A DNA stretch of 32,000 nt from an uncultured Nitrososphaerota archaeon (GTDB lineage Archaea; Korarchaeota; Korarchaeia; Korarchaeales; Korarchaeaceae), in the NCBI GenBank assembly GCA_964480775.1, contig CAYZRF010000005.1:30001-62000 (forward strand), given 5' to 3'. Positions 24,724 through 32,000 of the stretch are shown here, one piece after another. The first letter of the stretch is position 1. The number at the start of each line of letters is the position of its first letter. The position numbers and the translations under genes were made by a program. The notes below the pieces were generated by a model. That model saw nothing but the letters and a program-made list of their open reading frames with translations, had not been told where the DNA came from and made no database searches.

Positions 24724-26131
24724 CAAGCCTAACACCTCGCAACCTAACGCTAGGCCCCCCAAACCACACCGGTACGGCCTGTCCAGGATCACTTTTTCCA
24801 CACAATCCAGGAGTGAATTCTATATCTTTTCCAACAGCATCTATGCTTGAGTAAAATGCTGGCGTTGTAATTTCTAGAATGGGCCTCTTTACCATCTTAT
24901 CCAGCTTACCATTCTTTATTAAGTAAGCTTCTGAACCCACATATCTTTGATTATACCTTCTATCATCTATGTTCCACTCGGTAAAGCGAGCAATGAATAC
25001 ACCTTGTCTTACACCTTCTATTAGCTCGTCCTGAGAGAAGTCACCAGGGAGCATAAACGTATTAGCCATGCGTATTATTGGCTCTCTATCATAGGAAGAG
25101 GCCCTAGCAGAAGCGTTGCTCTTGATCCCAAAAATAGCAGCAGTCTCTCTGTTATGTAAAAATTCGTTAATGATACCGTTTTTCATCAGGACTCTCCTCC
25201 TAGCTTTGACTCCCTCCATATCATAGAGATAGAATCCGCTGCTGCCCTCGATAGTTGGATCGTCAACTACAGTTACGACTTCTGATCCTATCCTTGTGCT
25301 AAGCATGTCAGGTTTTACAAACGATTCACCCGCTTGGGCAGCCTCTCTTCCTAATATCCTATCGGCCTCATAGGGATGTCCAGTAGATTCATGCATCATT
25401 AGACCGACCACATAAGGACCCAAAACCAAATCCATTTTTCCTTTAGGAGGAGAAATTCCTTTTTCCAAACACTCTTTCATTACATCGGCTATCCTCGAGA
25501 CCTCTTCCAAGAAATTCCAGCCCTCTACAAGCTCCCAACCACCACTCCCCTCTTTCTCAACGAATTCTTGAGCTGACTCAGCTCCACTCACCAGCGTTAG
25601 TGTTGCATTTCCACCCACTCGCGTTACATCTCCTTCAACGCGCGAACCCTCTGAGTTTACGTAGTAAACCTGCTCTCTTGAATTTCTCAAAGACAAATTT
25701 CTGGATGAAATACCCTTCTCTTTTGCCAGTTCGTCTATAGATCTGAGAAACTCTATCTTTTCCTCCAAAGGTATGTCTTCTGGCCTTTTAAGAACCTTAG
25801 AAGCGTATGAAGCCTCTTCAAAGCTCTCTTCAGATAATTTAAGCCTCTTAGAGATTTTTGAACATGCCTTTGCTCCTTTGACTGCGTTCTCAATAGCTTT
25901 TTCGACTTTATTTGGATCGTTTGTTGATGCAAACCCCATAGATCCATCAATAATAACCCTTATACCAATTCCCGCAACAGAAACGTTGGCAAGGGCTTCA
26001 ATATTTCCATTAATCATGAAAAGGTTATTAGAGCGGTTAATCTGATACCTTGCTTCTGCATAATCCACATTCATTCCTAGAGCACGTCTAACCGCATATT
26101 CAACCACATCTTTTGGTTCCCCAGGCATCAT
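24713..26131 (-). CDS. tldD: TldD-family zinc metalloprotease
   Basis: HExxxH motif HESTGHPYEADR. The C-terminal GLCGK/GxC region is typical of TldD. An AGGGTG SD overlaps the upstream stop. Confidence 0.9.
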   Translation of the reverse strand: MMPGEPKDVVEYAVRRALGMNVDYAEARYQINRSNNLFMINGNIEALANVSVAGIGIRVIIDGSMGFASTNDPNKVEKAIENAVKGAKACSKISKRLKLSEESFEEASYASKVLKRPEDIPLEEKIEFLRSIDELAKEKGISSRNLSLRNSREQVYYVNSEGSRVEGDVTRVGGNATLTLVSGAESAQEFVEKEGSGGWELVEGWNFLEEVSRIADVMKECLEKGISPPKGKMDLVLGPYVVGLMMHESTGHPYEADRILGREAAQAGESFVKPDMLSTRIGSEVVTVVDDPTIEGSSGFYLYDMEGVKARRRVLMKNGIINEFLHNRETAAIFGIKSNASARASSYDREPIIRMANTFMLPGDFSQDELIEGVRQGVFIARFTEWNIDDRRYNQRYVGSEAYLIKNGKLDKMVKRPILEITTPAFYSSIDAVGKDIEFTPGLCGKSDPGQAVPVWFGGPSVRLRGVRLGGI

Positions 26132-26142
26132 AAGCTGACACC

Positions 26143-26475
26143 CTAGCTAACAGGAGATCCAGGAGGAACCTCCTTATCTGGGACTATAAGAACGGGCTTA
26201 TTTCCTTCCAAGACCGCTGCTAAAAGCATTCCCTCGGAGAGCAGGCCCCTTATCTTCTTTGGTTTCAGATTAACTAATACAACAATCTCTAGGCCTAAGA
26301 GGTCTTCTGGCTTGTATTCTTCCCCAATTCCAGCGATCAATTGTCTTTTTCCGCTTCCCAAATCTACTTCAAGTCTGATTAGGCGATCTGTTCCTGGAAC
26401 TTTTTCGGCATGAACAATCTTTCCAATTCTAAGGTCCATCCTCTTAAAATCCTCAAAACTGATGAATTCACTCAT
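26143..26475 (-). CDS. tRNA-binding (EMAP/Trbp111/CsaA-type OB-fold) domain protein
   Basis: FEDFKRMDLRIGKIVHAEKVPGTDRLIRLEVDLGSGKRQLIAGI...LKPKKIRGLLSEGMLLAA is the classic CsaA / MetRS C-terminal domain signature. Confidence 0.85.
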   Translation of the reverse strand: MSEFISFEDFKRMDLRIGKIVHAEKVPGTDRLIRLEVDLGSGKRQLIAGIGEEYKPEDLLGLEIVVLVNLKPKKIRGLLSEGMLLAAVLEGNKPVLIVPDKEVPPGSPVS

Positions 26476-26600
26476 TGCGCTTTACCTCTTTATTCTAAGA
26501 ATCAATAAATTCAAAATAAAGGTTAGGAGACCCTGAAGGTTATGATCTGCTTGCACCCTAATTTTATTAATGTTCCTTGAGAAATAAAGCACAGATTAAT

Positions 26601-27311
26601 ATGACTGGTTTCTGGGAGAGGTTAAAGGTCTCAATCGAGGCTAAATTAAACAAACTAATGGAGAGGTTTGAAGATCCCATAGAGCAACTAGATTACGCAT
26701 ATGGGAAAATGGTTCAACAATTGCATAACGTTAATATGGCGCTTGCAAGGGCTGTTACTGCCAGAAAGAGACTTGAGTTTGAGGTTGAAGAGATTGAGGA
26801 GAAAATAGCTAGACTGGATGAGAACGCCAAGAAAGCTATGAAAATGGGAAGAGAAGATCTAGCTAGGAAGGCTCTAGAGAGGAAACACATCCTCTTACTT
26901 CAGAAGAGGAGACTTGAGGAAAAGATATCAGAAATGAAAGAGGAAGAGGAAGATCTAAAGAATGTGAGGGATGACCTTGAGAATAAGGTTGAAATGTTTA
27001 GAACTAGAAAAGAGCAATTAAAGGCAGAATATGAGAGTGCAAAAGCACAAACAGAAGTTAAAGAGATGTTAACTGGTTTTGGAGATGAAGTCGTAAATGT
27101 TGCAAGGATAGTGGATAGAGCGGATTCTAGGATCAGAGATCTTGAAGCAAGATCTGCAGCCATCGATGAACTAATAGCTGTTGGGGGTACATTGGACGTA
27201 CTTGAACCTGAGGAGAGGGATGAGATAGAGAGAGAGCTGGAAAAAACCATGATTGAAAGTCAAGTAGAAGAAGAACTGAAGAAGTTAAAGGAAGAAACCT
27301 CAGGGGGCTGA
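26601..27311 (+). CDS. pspA: PspA/IM30 (Vipp1) family protein, ESCRT-III superfamily
   Basis: FWERLKVSIEAKLNKLMERFEDPIEQLDYAYGKMVQQL... followed by a long heptad coiled coil. I prefer the ATG at 26601 (MTGFWERL) over the TTG at 26577. Confidence 0.88.
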   Translation: MTGFWERLKVSIEAKLNKLMERFEDPIEQLDYAYGKMVQQLHNVNMALARAVTARKRLEFEVEEIEEKIARLDENAKKAMKMGREDLARKALERKHILLLQKRRLEEKISEMKEEEEDLKNVRDDLENKVEMFRTRKEQLKAEYESAKAQTEVKEMLTGFGDEVVNVARIVDRADSRIRDLEARSAAIDELIAVGGTLDVLEPEERDEIERELEKTMIESQVEEELKKLKEETSGG

Positions 27312-27318
27312 ATAGAAT

Positions 27319-27711
27319 TTGCCCCGCCTCTCTATTTTTCCCGTAATAGCTTTTGTAGCTGGAGGACTACTGGTTTTTTTAGGCTTAATGTTCTTAATAG
27401 CTGCAAGCTATGCCCCAACACGCATATTTCCTGGGATAATCCTGATGGGGATGGGTGCTCTAGCTATCTATGTAGGGACTTCTGGAAAGAGGAAAGAAAT
27501 GAGAATAGAGGAGATCCAAGATGATATAATAAGACTGGCTAGGAAAAGGGGGGGGAAGCTTACACTCGCAGAGGTAGTCTCCGATTTGGGATTGCCAGTT
27601 GATTTGGCTAGAAAAGCTCTTTTATCGTTAGAAAAGAGAGGTATAGCTTATCTAGACTTTGAGAAGATAGAAGACGAGGGCGTAGAGGTGTACAAATTTC
27701 CAGGAGTGTGA
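27319..27711 (+). CDS. Small membrane protein: two TM helices plus a cytoplasmic winged-helix-like domain
   Basis: The TTG start lies 7 nt after the pspA stop. TM helices are FPVIAFVAGGLLVFLGLMFLIAA and IFPGIILMGMGALAIYVG. The C-terminal region IIRLARKRGGKLTLAEVVSDLGLPVDLARKALLSLEKRGIAYLDFE..GVEVYKF has a helix-turn-helix plus wing pattern. Confidence 0.7.
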   Translation: MPRLSIFPVIAFVAGGLLVFLGLMFLIAASYAPTRIFPGIILMGMGALAIYVGTSGKRKEMRIEEIQDDIIRLARKRGGKLTLAEVVSDLGLPVDLARKALLSLEKRGIAYLDFEKIEDEGVEVYKFPGV

Positions 27712-27865
27712 AAGAACGTAAGTTCTTGTCTAAGCAACTTTCGATCTAAAAATATAAGTGAACTTTTTATATCTCTCCGCTTCATGATTTTCTGATTCGT
27801 TGGGAGGATGACTAAAGGAAACGAAAATCGTTTTCTCCTGACGTTAACGGGAGGATTTGTTAGAT

Positions 27866-29137
27866 ATGAGTTCGCTAAAAGTGAAACCACTTGGTGCTAT
27901 TGGAGAAGTTGGAAGAAGCGCCATTCTCCTAGAAACCAAGGGTAAAAGAATATTACTTGACTATGGAATAAAGCTAAGGCCGAAACAGAGCCCGCTTTTC
28001 CCTCCAGAAGTCGATAATGTAGATGCTGTGCTGTTAACACATGCACATTTGGATCATTCAGGAGCACTGCCCCTGCTTTTTAGGGGCAAGAATTCACCTA
28101 AAATCTATGGTCTTGACATAACCAGGGACTTTGTAGAACTTCTGCTCTATGATTCCATAAAGGTAGCAAAGAAGAGAGGATATACGATAGATTATGGTCC
28201 TCAAGAAATTAAAAAGCTAATGAGGAACTATAGACCAATAGAATATGGAGTTCCTTTCAAGATAGGATCTGTCGAGGTTATACCATTTGATTCTGGACAT
28301 ATCCCTGGTAGTGCCATGTTTTATGTTAGAACAAATGGGACATCTCTCCTATATACGGGGGACTTCAAGCTTAGAAATACCAGGCTCTCTCGTGGAGCTG
28401 AAAGAGAGTTACCAGAGGTAGACCTGTTGATCACGGAGTGTACTTATTCTCAAAGGGAACATCCAAGTAGAAAAGGACAGGAGAAACTCCTAAGGGAGGT
28501 AGTTAGAGATACTATCAATAGGGGGGGCCTAGCAATAATCGCTGGCTTTGCTATAGCAAGACTTAACGAGATTGCAATGATCTTGTCATCTAGTGGGATA
28601 AAAAACCTATTCCTTGATGGTATGGCGCGAACTGGAACGGAAATTCTGCTTTCATATCCCCATAGACTTAGAGATGATAAAGAGTTTGAGTACTCTTTGA
28701 GAAACCTTAGAATGGTCGGAAACTGGAAATTTAGAGAAAACATCACTAGAAGACCGTCAATTGTTCTAACAACGTCTGGAATGCTTGAAGGTGGGCCCGT
28801 TTACTTTTATCTCGATAGGAGAAGGGAAGACCCTGTGAGTTCGTTAACCCTCACAGGATATCAGATTGAAGGAACGGAAGGCAGAAGATTATTGCAAGAA
28901 GGCGAGATATACATAGATGGAGAAAGAAGAACAATAGAGATGAGAGTAAATCAACTTGACTTCTCCTCACACGTAGGTAGATCTGGTCTATTCGAATTTG
29001 TAAGGACTGTGGATCCAAAACAGGTACTTCCAATTCATGGAGAAGAAACTGAGAAGTTTGGAGAAGAAGTTCAAGAAATAGTGGGTGTAAGCGTTATATC
29101 TCCTTCGCTCGAGGAGGAGATAACAGTCTCAGGGTAA
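27866..29137 (+). CDS. Metallo-beta-lactamase / beta-CASP ribonuclease (aCPSF2-like, no KH domains)
   Basis: HAHLDHSG motif, with DSGH, ECTY and PIHGE motifs downstream. I prefer ATG 27866 because the GGGAGGA SD at 27849-27855 is 10 nt upstream. The track start at 27857 is a TTG. Confidence 0.88.
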   Translation: MSSLKVKPLGAIGEVGRSAILLETKGKRILLDYGIKLRPKQSPLFPPEVDNVDAVLLTHAHLDHSGALPLLFRGKNSPKIYGLDITRDFVELLLYDSIKVAKKRGYTIDYGPQEIKKLMRNYRPIEYGVPFKIGSVEVIPFDSGHIPGSAMFYVRTNGTSLLYTGDFKLRNTRLSRGAERELPEVDLLITECTYSQREHPSRKGQEKLLREVVRDTINRGGLAIIAGFAIARLNEIAMILSSSGIKNLFLDGMARTGTEILLSYPHRLRDDKEFEYSLRNLRMVGNWKFRENITRRPSIVLTTSGMLEGGPVYFYLDRRREDPVSSLTLTGYQIEGTEGRRLLQEGEIYIDGERRTIEMRVNQLDFSSHVGRSGLFEFVRTVDPKQVLPIHGEETEKFGEEVQEIVGVSVISPSLEEEITVSG

Positions 29138-30232
29138 TTAAGATTTGTTTTTCACAATAGGACGCCTAGAGATCTCAAAGGGAGCATCCAAAGGAGCCAT
29201 CTCAATTATCTCACCCTCTAACTCCTTTGACAGTAGTAGAGATTTGTTTTCAAAAACAATGTAGGGCGGAACTAAGAGCTCTTTACCTCTTAATTCAAAA
29301 GAATACAAGCCCATTTTCTCTAAGAAGCTTTTGAATTCTAGTAATTTGCTGAGGTTCCCTCGTATCACACCGAACATTATAGTGCCTTGGTCAGTTATGC
29401 GTTGATAGGGCTTTGCAACGTTTTTAGCCCTTCTTCTCCATCTATTAAGAACCTGTACTTCTTTTACCTCCGCAGAGCAGAAATAACCAAGAAGCCCAGT
29501 CTCCCTTTCTATATAATCTAAAACCCTCTTTGCAGTTTCTTTGCTTCCAGAAACAGCGACTCCGCTATTAATTCTAACACCATAGCCCCGAGATAAAAGA
29601 ATGGTTCTATTTCCCTCGCTAAATTCCAATTCATTGATATTTAAGAAATGAGCCCCAATAGAATCAAGGAACTTCGTAAGCTTCATTAATCTCTTTTCGT
29701 ACACTCTTTCTGGTATCGATGGCATCTCAGCTCCAACCCTAAAGTTGAAGTTTAGAGCATGTCTAATTTTTTCCCAGTCCTTCCTTTGCCAAGTATGAAA
29801 TCTAATCTCATTTAAACCAGCAGATTCTAATTTCCCCAAACTTTTAGGGTTAATACCCGCTGAATTTGTGTAAAGGTGCACATCGAATTTCTTCCCGAAG
29901 TTTTCTTTCAAAACCCGTATGTACCTACAAACCCTGTCTATAACTAAACTTGGTTCTCCCCCAGTTATTCCGGCTCCTTCGGCATCTATGAGCCTTGCTT
30001 CTCTTAGAAAATCTGATTCATCATGAACTCTTATCTCATCTGCAAAAACCCAGTCCTTTCCTCTTCTCTCAGAGGAAATCGTGCAATAAAAACAGGTCGA
30101 ATACCGCGGGCATAGTCCTGTGGCAAATAAGACGAGTTTACCCCCTCTCCAACAAATTTCGCAGGAGGGGCTTTTACCTCTTACCATTAATGAACCATAA
30201 GGGAGTTCAATCATCAGTTTATTTTCCTCCAA
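29138..30232 (-). CDS. Radical SAM-like protein with a non-canonical CX5CX2C cluster motif
   Basis: GLCPRYSTCFYCT (CX5CX2C), preceded by CEICW. GGEPS (the SAM-binding GGE motif) is present and the layout looks TIM-barrel-like. The TTG at 30232 abuts the upstream stop. ATG 30214, 11 nt after a GGAGG, is an alternative start. Confidence 0.8.
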   Translation of the reverse strand: MEENKLMIELPYGSLMVRGKSPSCEICWRGGKLVLFATGLCPRYSTCFYCTISSERRGKDWVFADEIRVHDESDFLREARLIDAEGAGITGGEPSLVIDRVCRYIRVLKENFGKKFDVHLYTNSAGINPKSLGKLESAGLNEIRFHTWQRKDWEKIRHALNFNFRVGAEMPSIPERVYEKRLMKLTKFLDSIGAHFLNINELEFSEGNRTILLSRGYGVRINSGVAVSGSKETAKRVLDYIERETGLLGYFCSAEVKEVQVLNRWRRRAKNVAKPYQRITDQGTIMFGVIRGNLSKLLEFKSFLEKMGLYSFELRGKELLVPPYIVFENKSLLLSKELEGEIIEMAPLDAPFEISRRPIVKNKS

Positions 30233-30472
30233 TTACAGCCTTTTAACGCGAAGAATCCAATAATTATCTTTTCTGTCCGAGGTTACAGACGCCCAGCTTA
30301 CTCTCTCACCCCATTCCCTTGCCTGTTCAACCGTCTCCCTATCATCAGTTAAAACCAGAAGAAATTCCTTTGATTTCAAGGATTTTGCTACCTTAGCTAG
30401 AGTAATTATTGTGCCTGGAAAGCTCTTGCCCCTTAAGTCTATCTTTTTAACAAAGCTTTTCTTTCCGTTCAC
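30233..30472 (-). CDS. TusA/SirA-fold protein lacking the catalytic cysteine
   Basis: IDLRGKSFPGTIITLAKVAKSL...LLVLTDD aligns by eye with E. coli TusA LDALGLRCPEPVMMVRKTV...LLIIADD. The Cys is replaced by Phe and there is no Cys anywhere in the 79 aa. The GTG start overlaps the upstream TGA (GTGA). Confidence 0.75.
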   Translation of the reverse strand: MNGKKSFVKKIDLRGKSFPGTIITLAKVAKSLKSKEFLLVLTDDRETVEQAREWGERVSWASVTSDRKDNYWILRVKRL

Positions 30473-30999
30473 TTGCTCTTCACCCTATACCCCAATACAG
30501 CACTGATAAGCCGTTCGTCTGCTCTTTCAGAAACTGGTTTTACCATAAGATAGCCGTCCTCACCATCGCTGTAATACTTAGGCATGATGCCCAAAACCCT
30601 ATAATCTAGCTTTTTGTATAGGGAAATGGCTGGTTCATTTGAAATCCTAACTTCTAGATAAACTAGATCTACGCCATAGGTATTAACTAATCCCGCTTCA
30701 GCGCCTTTCATGAGAGCTGTTGCTATCCCCTGCCTTCTGTGCTTCTTCTCTACAGCTATAGAGAGGACATGCCCGAGCTTGATAGGACTAAATCTATAGT
30801 ACTTCTCCTCAACCCTACACATAACATAGCCCACTATTTTGCCTTCAGATTCGGCCACAAGAAAAGCCTCTGGCCAATGTGTGTAGTTTTCCAAGAAGAA
30901 AAACGAAGGGTAGTTCTCAGGAAGAAAGACCCAGTTAAGCTTAACAACGTTGTCTAGATCTTTAGGATTGAACCTTCTAATGATGTACTGTTTCTGCAT
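30469..30999 (-). CDS. ard1: N-alpha-acetyltransferase, Ard1/RimI type (GNAT)
   Basis: Collinear with Sulfolobus Ard1 as I recall it: LPENYP.FFF, VGYVM, GHV.SIAV....RRQGIATALM, YLEVR.SN.PAI.LY.KL.Y and YY.DGEDGYLM. I prefer ATG 30999, preceded by GAGGTGGGG. The longer track ORF adds a hydrophobic, non-homologous 45 aa. Confidence 0.88.
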   Translation of the reverse strand: MQKQYIIRRFNPKDLDNVVKLNWVFLPENYPSFFFLENYTHWPEAFLVAESEGKIVGYVMCRVEEKYYRFSPIKLGHVLSIAVEKKHRRQGIATALMKGAEAGLVNTYGVDLVYLEVRISNEPAISLYKKLDYRVLGIMPKYYSDGEDGYLMVKPVSERADERLISAVLGYRVKSK

Positions 31000-31170
31000 C
31001 GCCCCACCTCGATCAGAAAACCTTACATCAAACAAAGTTTTAAACGCCACCCAAACGATCACAACGGGGTAAAACGAAAAGTGTTTCCGACACCCTATAG
31101 CTTCATCATAGATGTTGTAAGCAGAAACTTTCATGTGGTTGACGTTACTGAAACGCCAACTGGGCTTGAG

Positions 31171-32000
31171 ATGCTGGTAGATAAAGTAGATCCAGATAAG
31201 TCAAGAGAGCGCTTTAGAGCAGTAGCTGAGGAACTCATTCCTCATGGGTTAATGCCTAAACTCCTCCCAGGAGAGCCTTACCTTCGGCTTATAGTGTTTC
31301 CCGCCAAAATTCCATCTAAAAGATCAAAAACAATTTATCTTGTTATGTTGCTGGCTACCATCTGCACCGTCACTTTCTCTGGCTATCTTTATAGTAAAAC
31401 AGCAGTAGAGCTGTTGAATAAAGTTGGCATAACTCCTAGCATAAATATCATATACAGTGCTCTTATGTTCACAATTTCAGTTTTTTTCACACTTGGGACA
31501 CATGAGTTCGGTCACATGGTAGCCACTAGGTTGAGAGGTGGTGATTGGGACCCGCCACTGTTTATTCCAGGGGGACCACCTCTTGGTACTTTCGGAGCTA
31601 TAATCTTTGGTCGTAGGATTCCATTAAACAGAGATGAACTTTTCGACATGGGATTATCAGGTCCTCTAACTGGCCTTATAGCATCAATCCCAGTTTGTTA
31701 TTTTGGTCTTAAATCATCCATACCTCTTGATCCGTCTCTGATAAGTGCCTTAGAAAAAGAAGGAGCTAGTCCTTTGTGGTGGGAACAACCCATCTTTTCT
31801 TATATGTTCAAGTTAGCTAAAGTGTCCTCACCCATTTATTTAAGCCCTGTTGCACTTGCAGGCTGGGTTATTCTTACAATAACATTCCTAAATCTTATGC
31901 CAATCTCTCAACTCGATGGAGGGCATGTATGCTATGCCTTCTTTCCCGATGAAAAGAAAAGACAGCTAATAGCGTTTGCACTAATATCCCTCTCTTTCAT
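31171..32000 (+). CDS. Site-2 protease family (M50) membrane metalloprotease, 3'-partial
   Basis: Absent from the ORF track because it has no stop in the window. Hand translation gives ...FFTLGTHEFGHMVATRL... (HExxH) and ...FLNLMPISQLDGGH... (the LDG motif) with several hydrophobic segments. GTG 31135 is an alternative start. Confidence 0.85.
   Translation, partial: MLVDKVDPDKSRERFRAVAEELIPHGLMPKLLPGEPYLRLIVFPAKIPSKRSKTIYLVMLLATICTVTFSGYLYSKTAVELLNKVGITPSINIIYSALMFTISVFFTLGTHEFGHMVATRLRGGDWDPPLFIPGGPPLGTFGAIIFGRRIPLNRDELFDMGLSGPLTGLIASIPVCYFGLKSSIPLDPSLISALEKEGASPLWWEQPIFSYMFKLAKVSSPIYLSPVALAGWVILTITFLNLMPISQLDGGHVCYAFFPDEKKRQLIAFALISLSF

Noticed and set aside
24724-24801. N-terminal extensions of track ORFs: pmbA 24724-24801, ard1 31000-31134, radA 13187-13231, rbr 10204-10236, pspA 26577-26600, apgM 16678-16701 and beta-CASP 27857-27865.
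   Set aside because: The extensions overlap neighbouring genes or promoters, have no counterpart in the families as I know them, or lack an SD. Internal starts with an SD or correct TATA spacing fit better. The choice for apgM is the least certain.
27781-27840. ATGATT/CTGA/GGATGA/CTGA box-like strings, a 7-bp hairpin (27817-27835) upstream of the beta-CASP gene, and a GGGAGGAT direct repeat (27802-27809 and 27849-27856).
   Set aside because: The box spacing does not fit a C/D sRNA. The hairpin is short and includes a G-U pair. The micro-ORF after the first GGGAGG has no spacer to its ATG and overlaps the beta-CASP gene out of frame. It may be 5'-UTR structure, but the evidence is too weak to call.
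29138-30999. The GNAT plus radical-SAM neighbours as a split Elp3 (tRNA cm5U34 synthase).
   Set aside because: The GNAT is collinear with Ard1-type N-terminal acetyltransferases rather than with the Elp3 KAT domain. The radical-SAM motif (CX5CX2C) and the protein length do not match Elp3. I keep it only as a remote possibility.
1-32000. Search for CRISPR arrays, IS elements or transposases, integrases, toxin-antitoxin pairs, restriction-modification or other defence genes, rRNA and introns.
   Set aside because: I saw no regularly spaced direct repeats, no terminal inverted repeats flanking a transposase-like ORF and no defence-type domains. The only GC-rich structured segment outside coding sequence is the tRNA. 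I read the sequence by eye only, so short or degenerate repeats could have been missed.

Overview
Dense, mostly housekeeping segment of an archaeal chromosome. The archaeal assignment rests on RadA, stalk protein P1, archaeal-type apgM, PAC2 proteasome chaperones, an aCPSF2-like beta-CASP RNase, an Ard1-type acetyltransferase, TATA-box promoters and many short gene overlaps. A GC-rich tRNA in an otherwise AT-leaning sequence suggests a thermophile. I cannot place the lineage more precisely without a database search. I support 37 protein-coding genes and one tRNA-Arg(UCU). One gene is a 54-aa rubredoxin that falls below the ORF-track cutoff, and one is an M50 protease that runs off the 3' edge. 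I see no rRNA, CRISPR array, transposase, integrase or recognisable defence system. Most antisense ORFs in the track are shadow ORFs. Nothing here is a clear new system. The points of interest are gene-neighbourhood hypotheses: (1) an Ard1 / cysteine-less TusA-like / CX5CX2C radical-SAM operon; (2) radA translationally coupled to a ThiS/TtuB-like ubiquitin-fold protein (internal Gly-Gly plus a 7-aa tail) and a TtuA/NcsA thiolase; (3) PspA followed by a 2-TM winged-helix protein; (4) a DUF123(GIY-YIG-like)-HAD fusion in a DNA-repair neighbourhood; (5) a csaA-tldD-pmbA operon; (6) a PAC2-PadR-DUF354 operon with a palindrome in its promoter; (7) a DUF434/NYN nuclease-like gene coupled to alaS, and an 11-bp stem that sequesters the alaS SD and start codon; (8) a surface-protein gene cluster with a tRNA gene embedded antisense. 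All functional calls come from motif recognition by eye and need HMM or BLAST confirmation.
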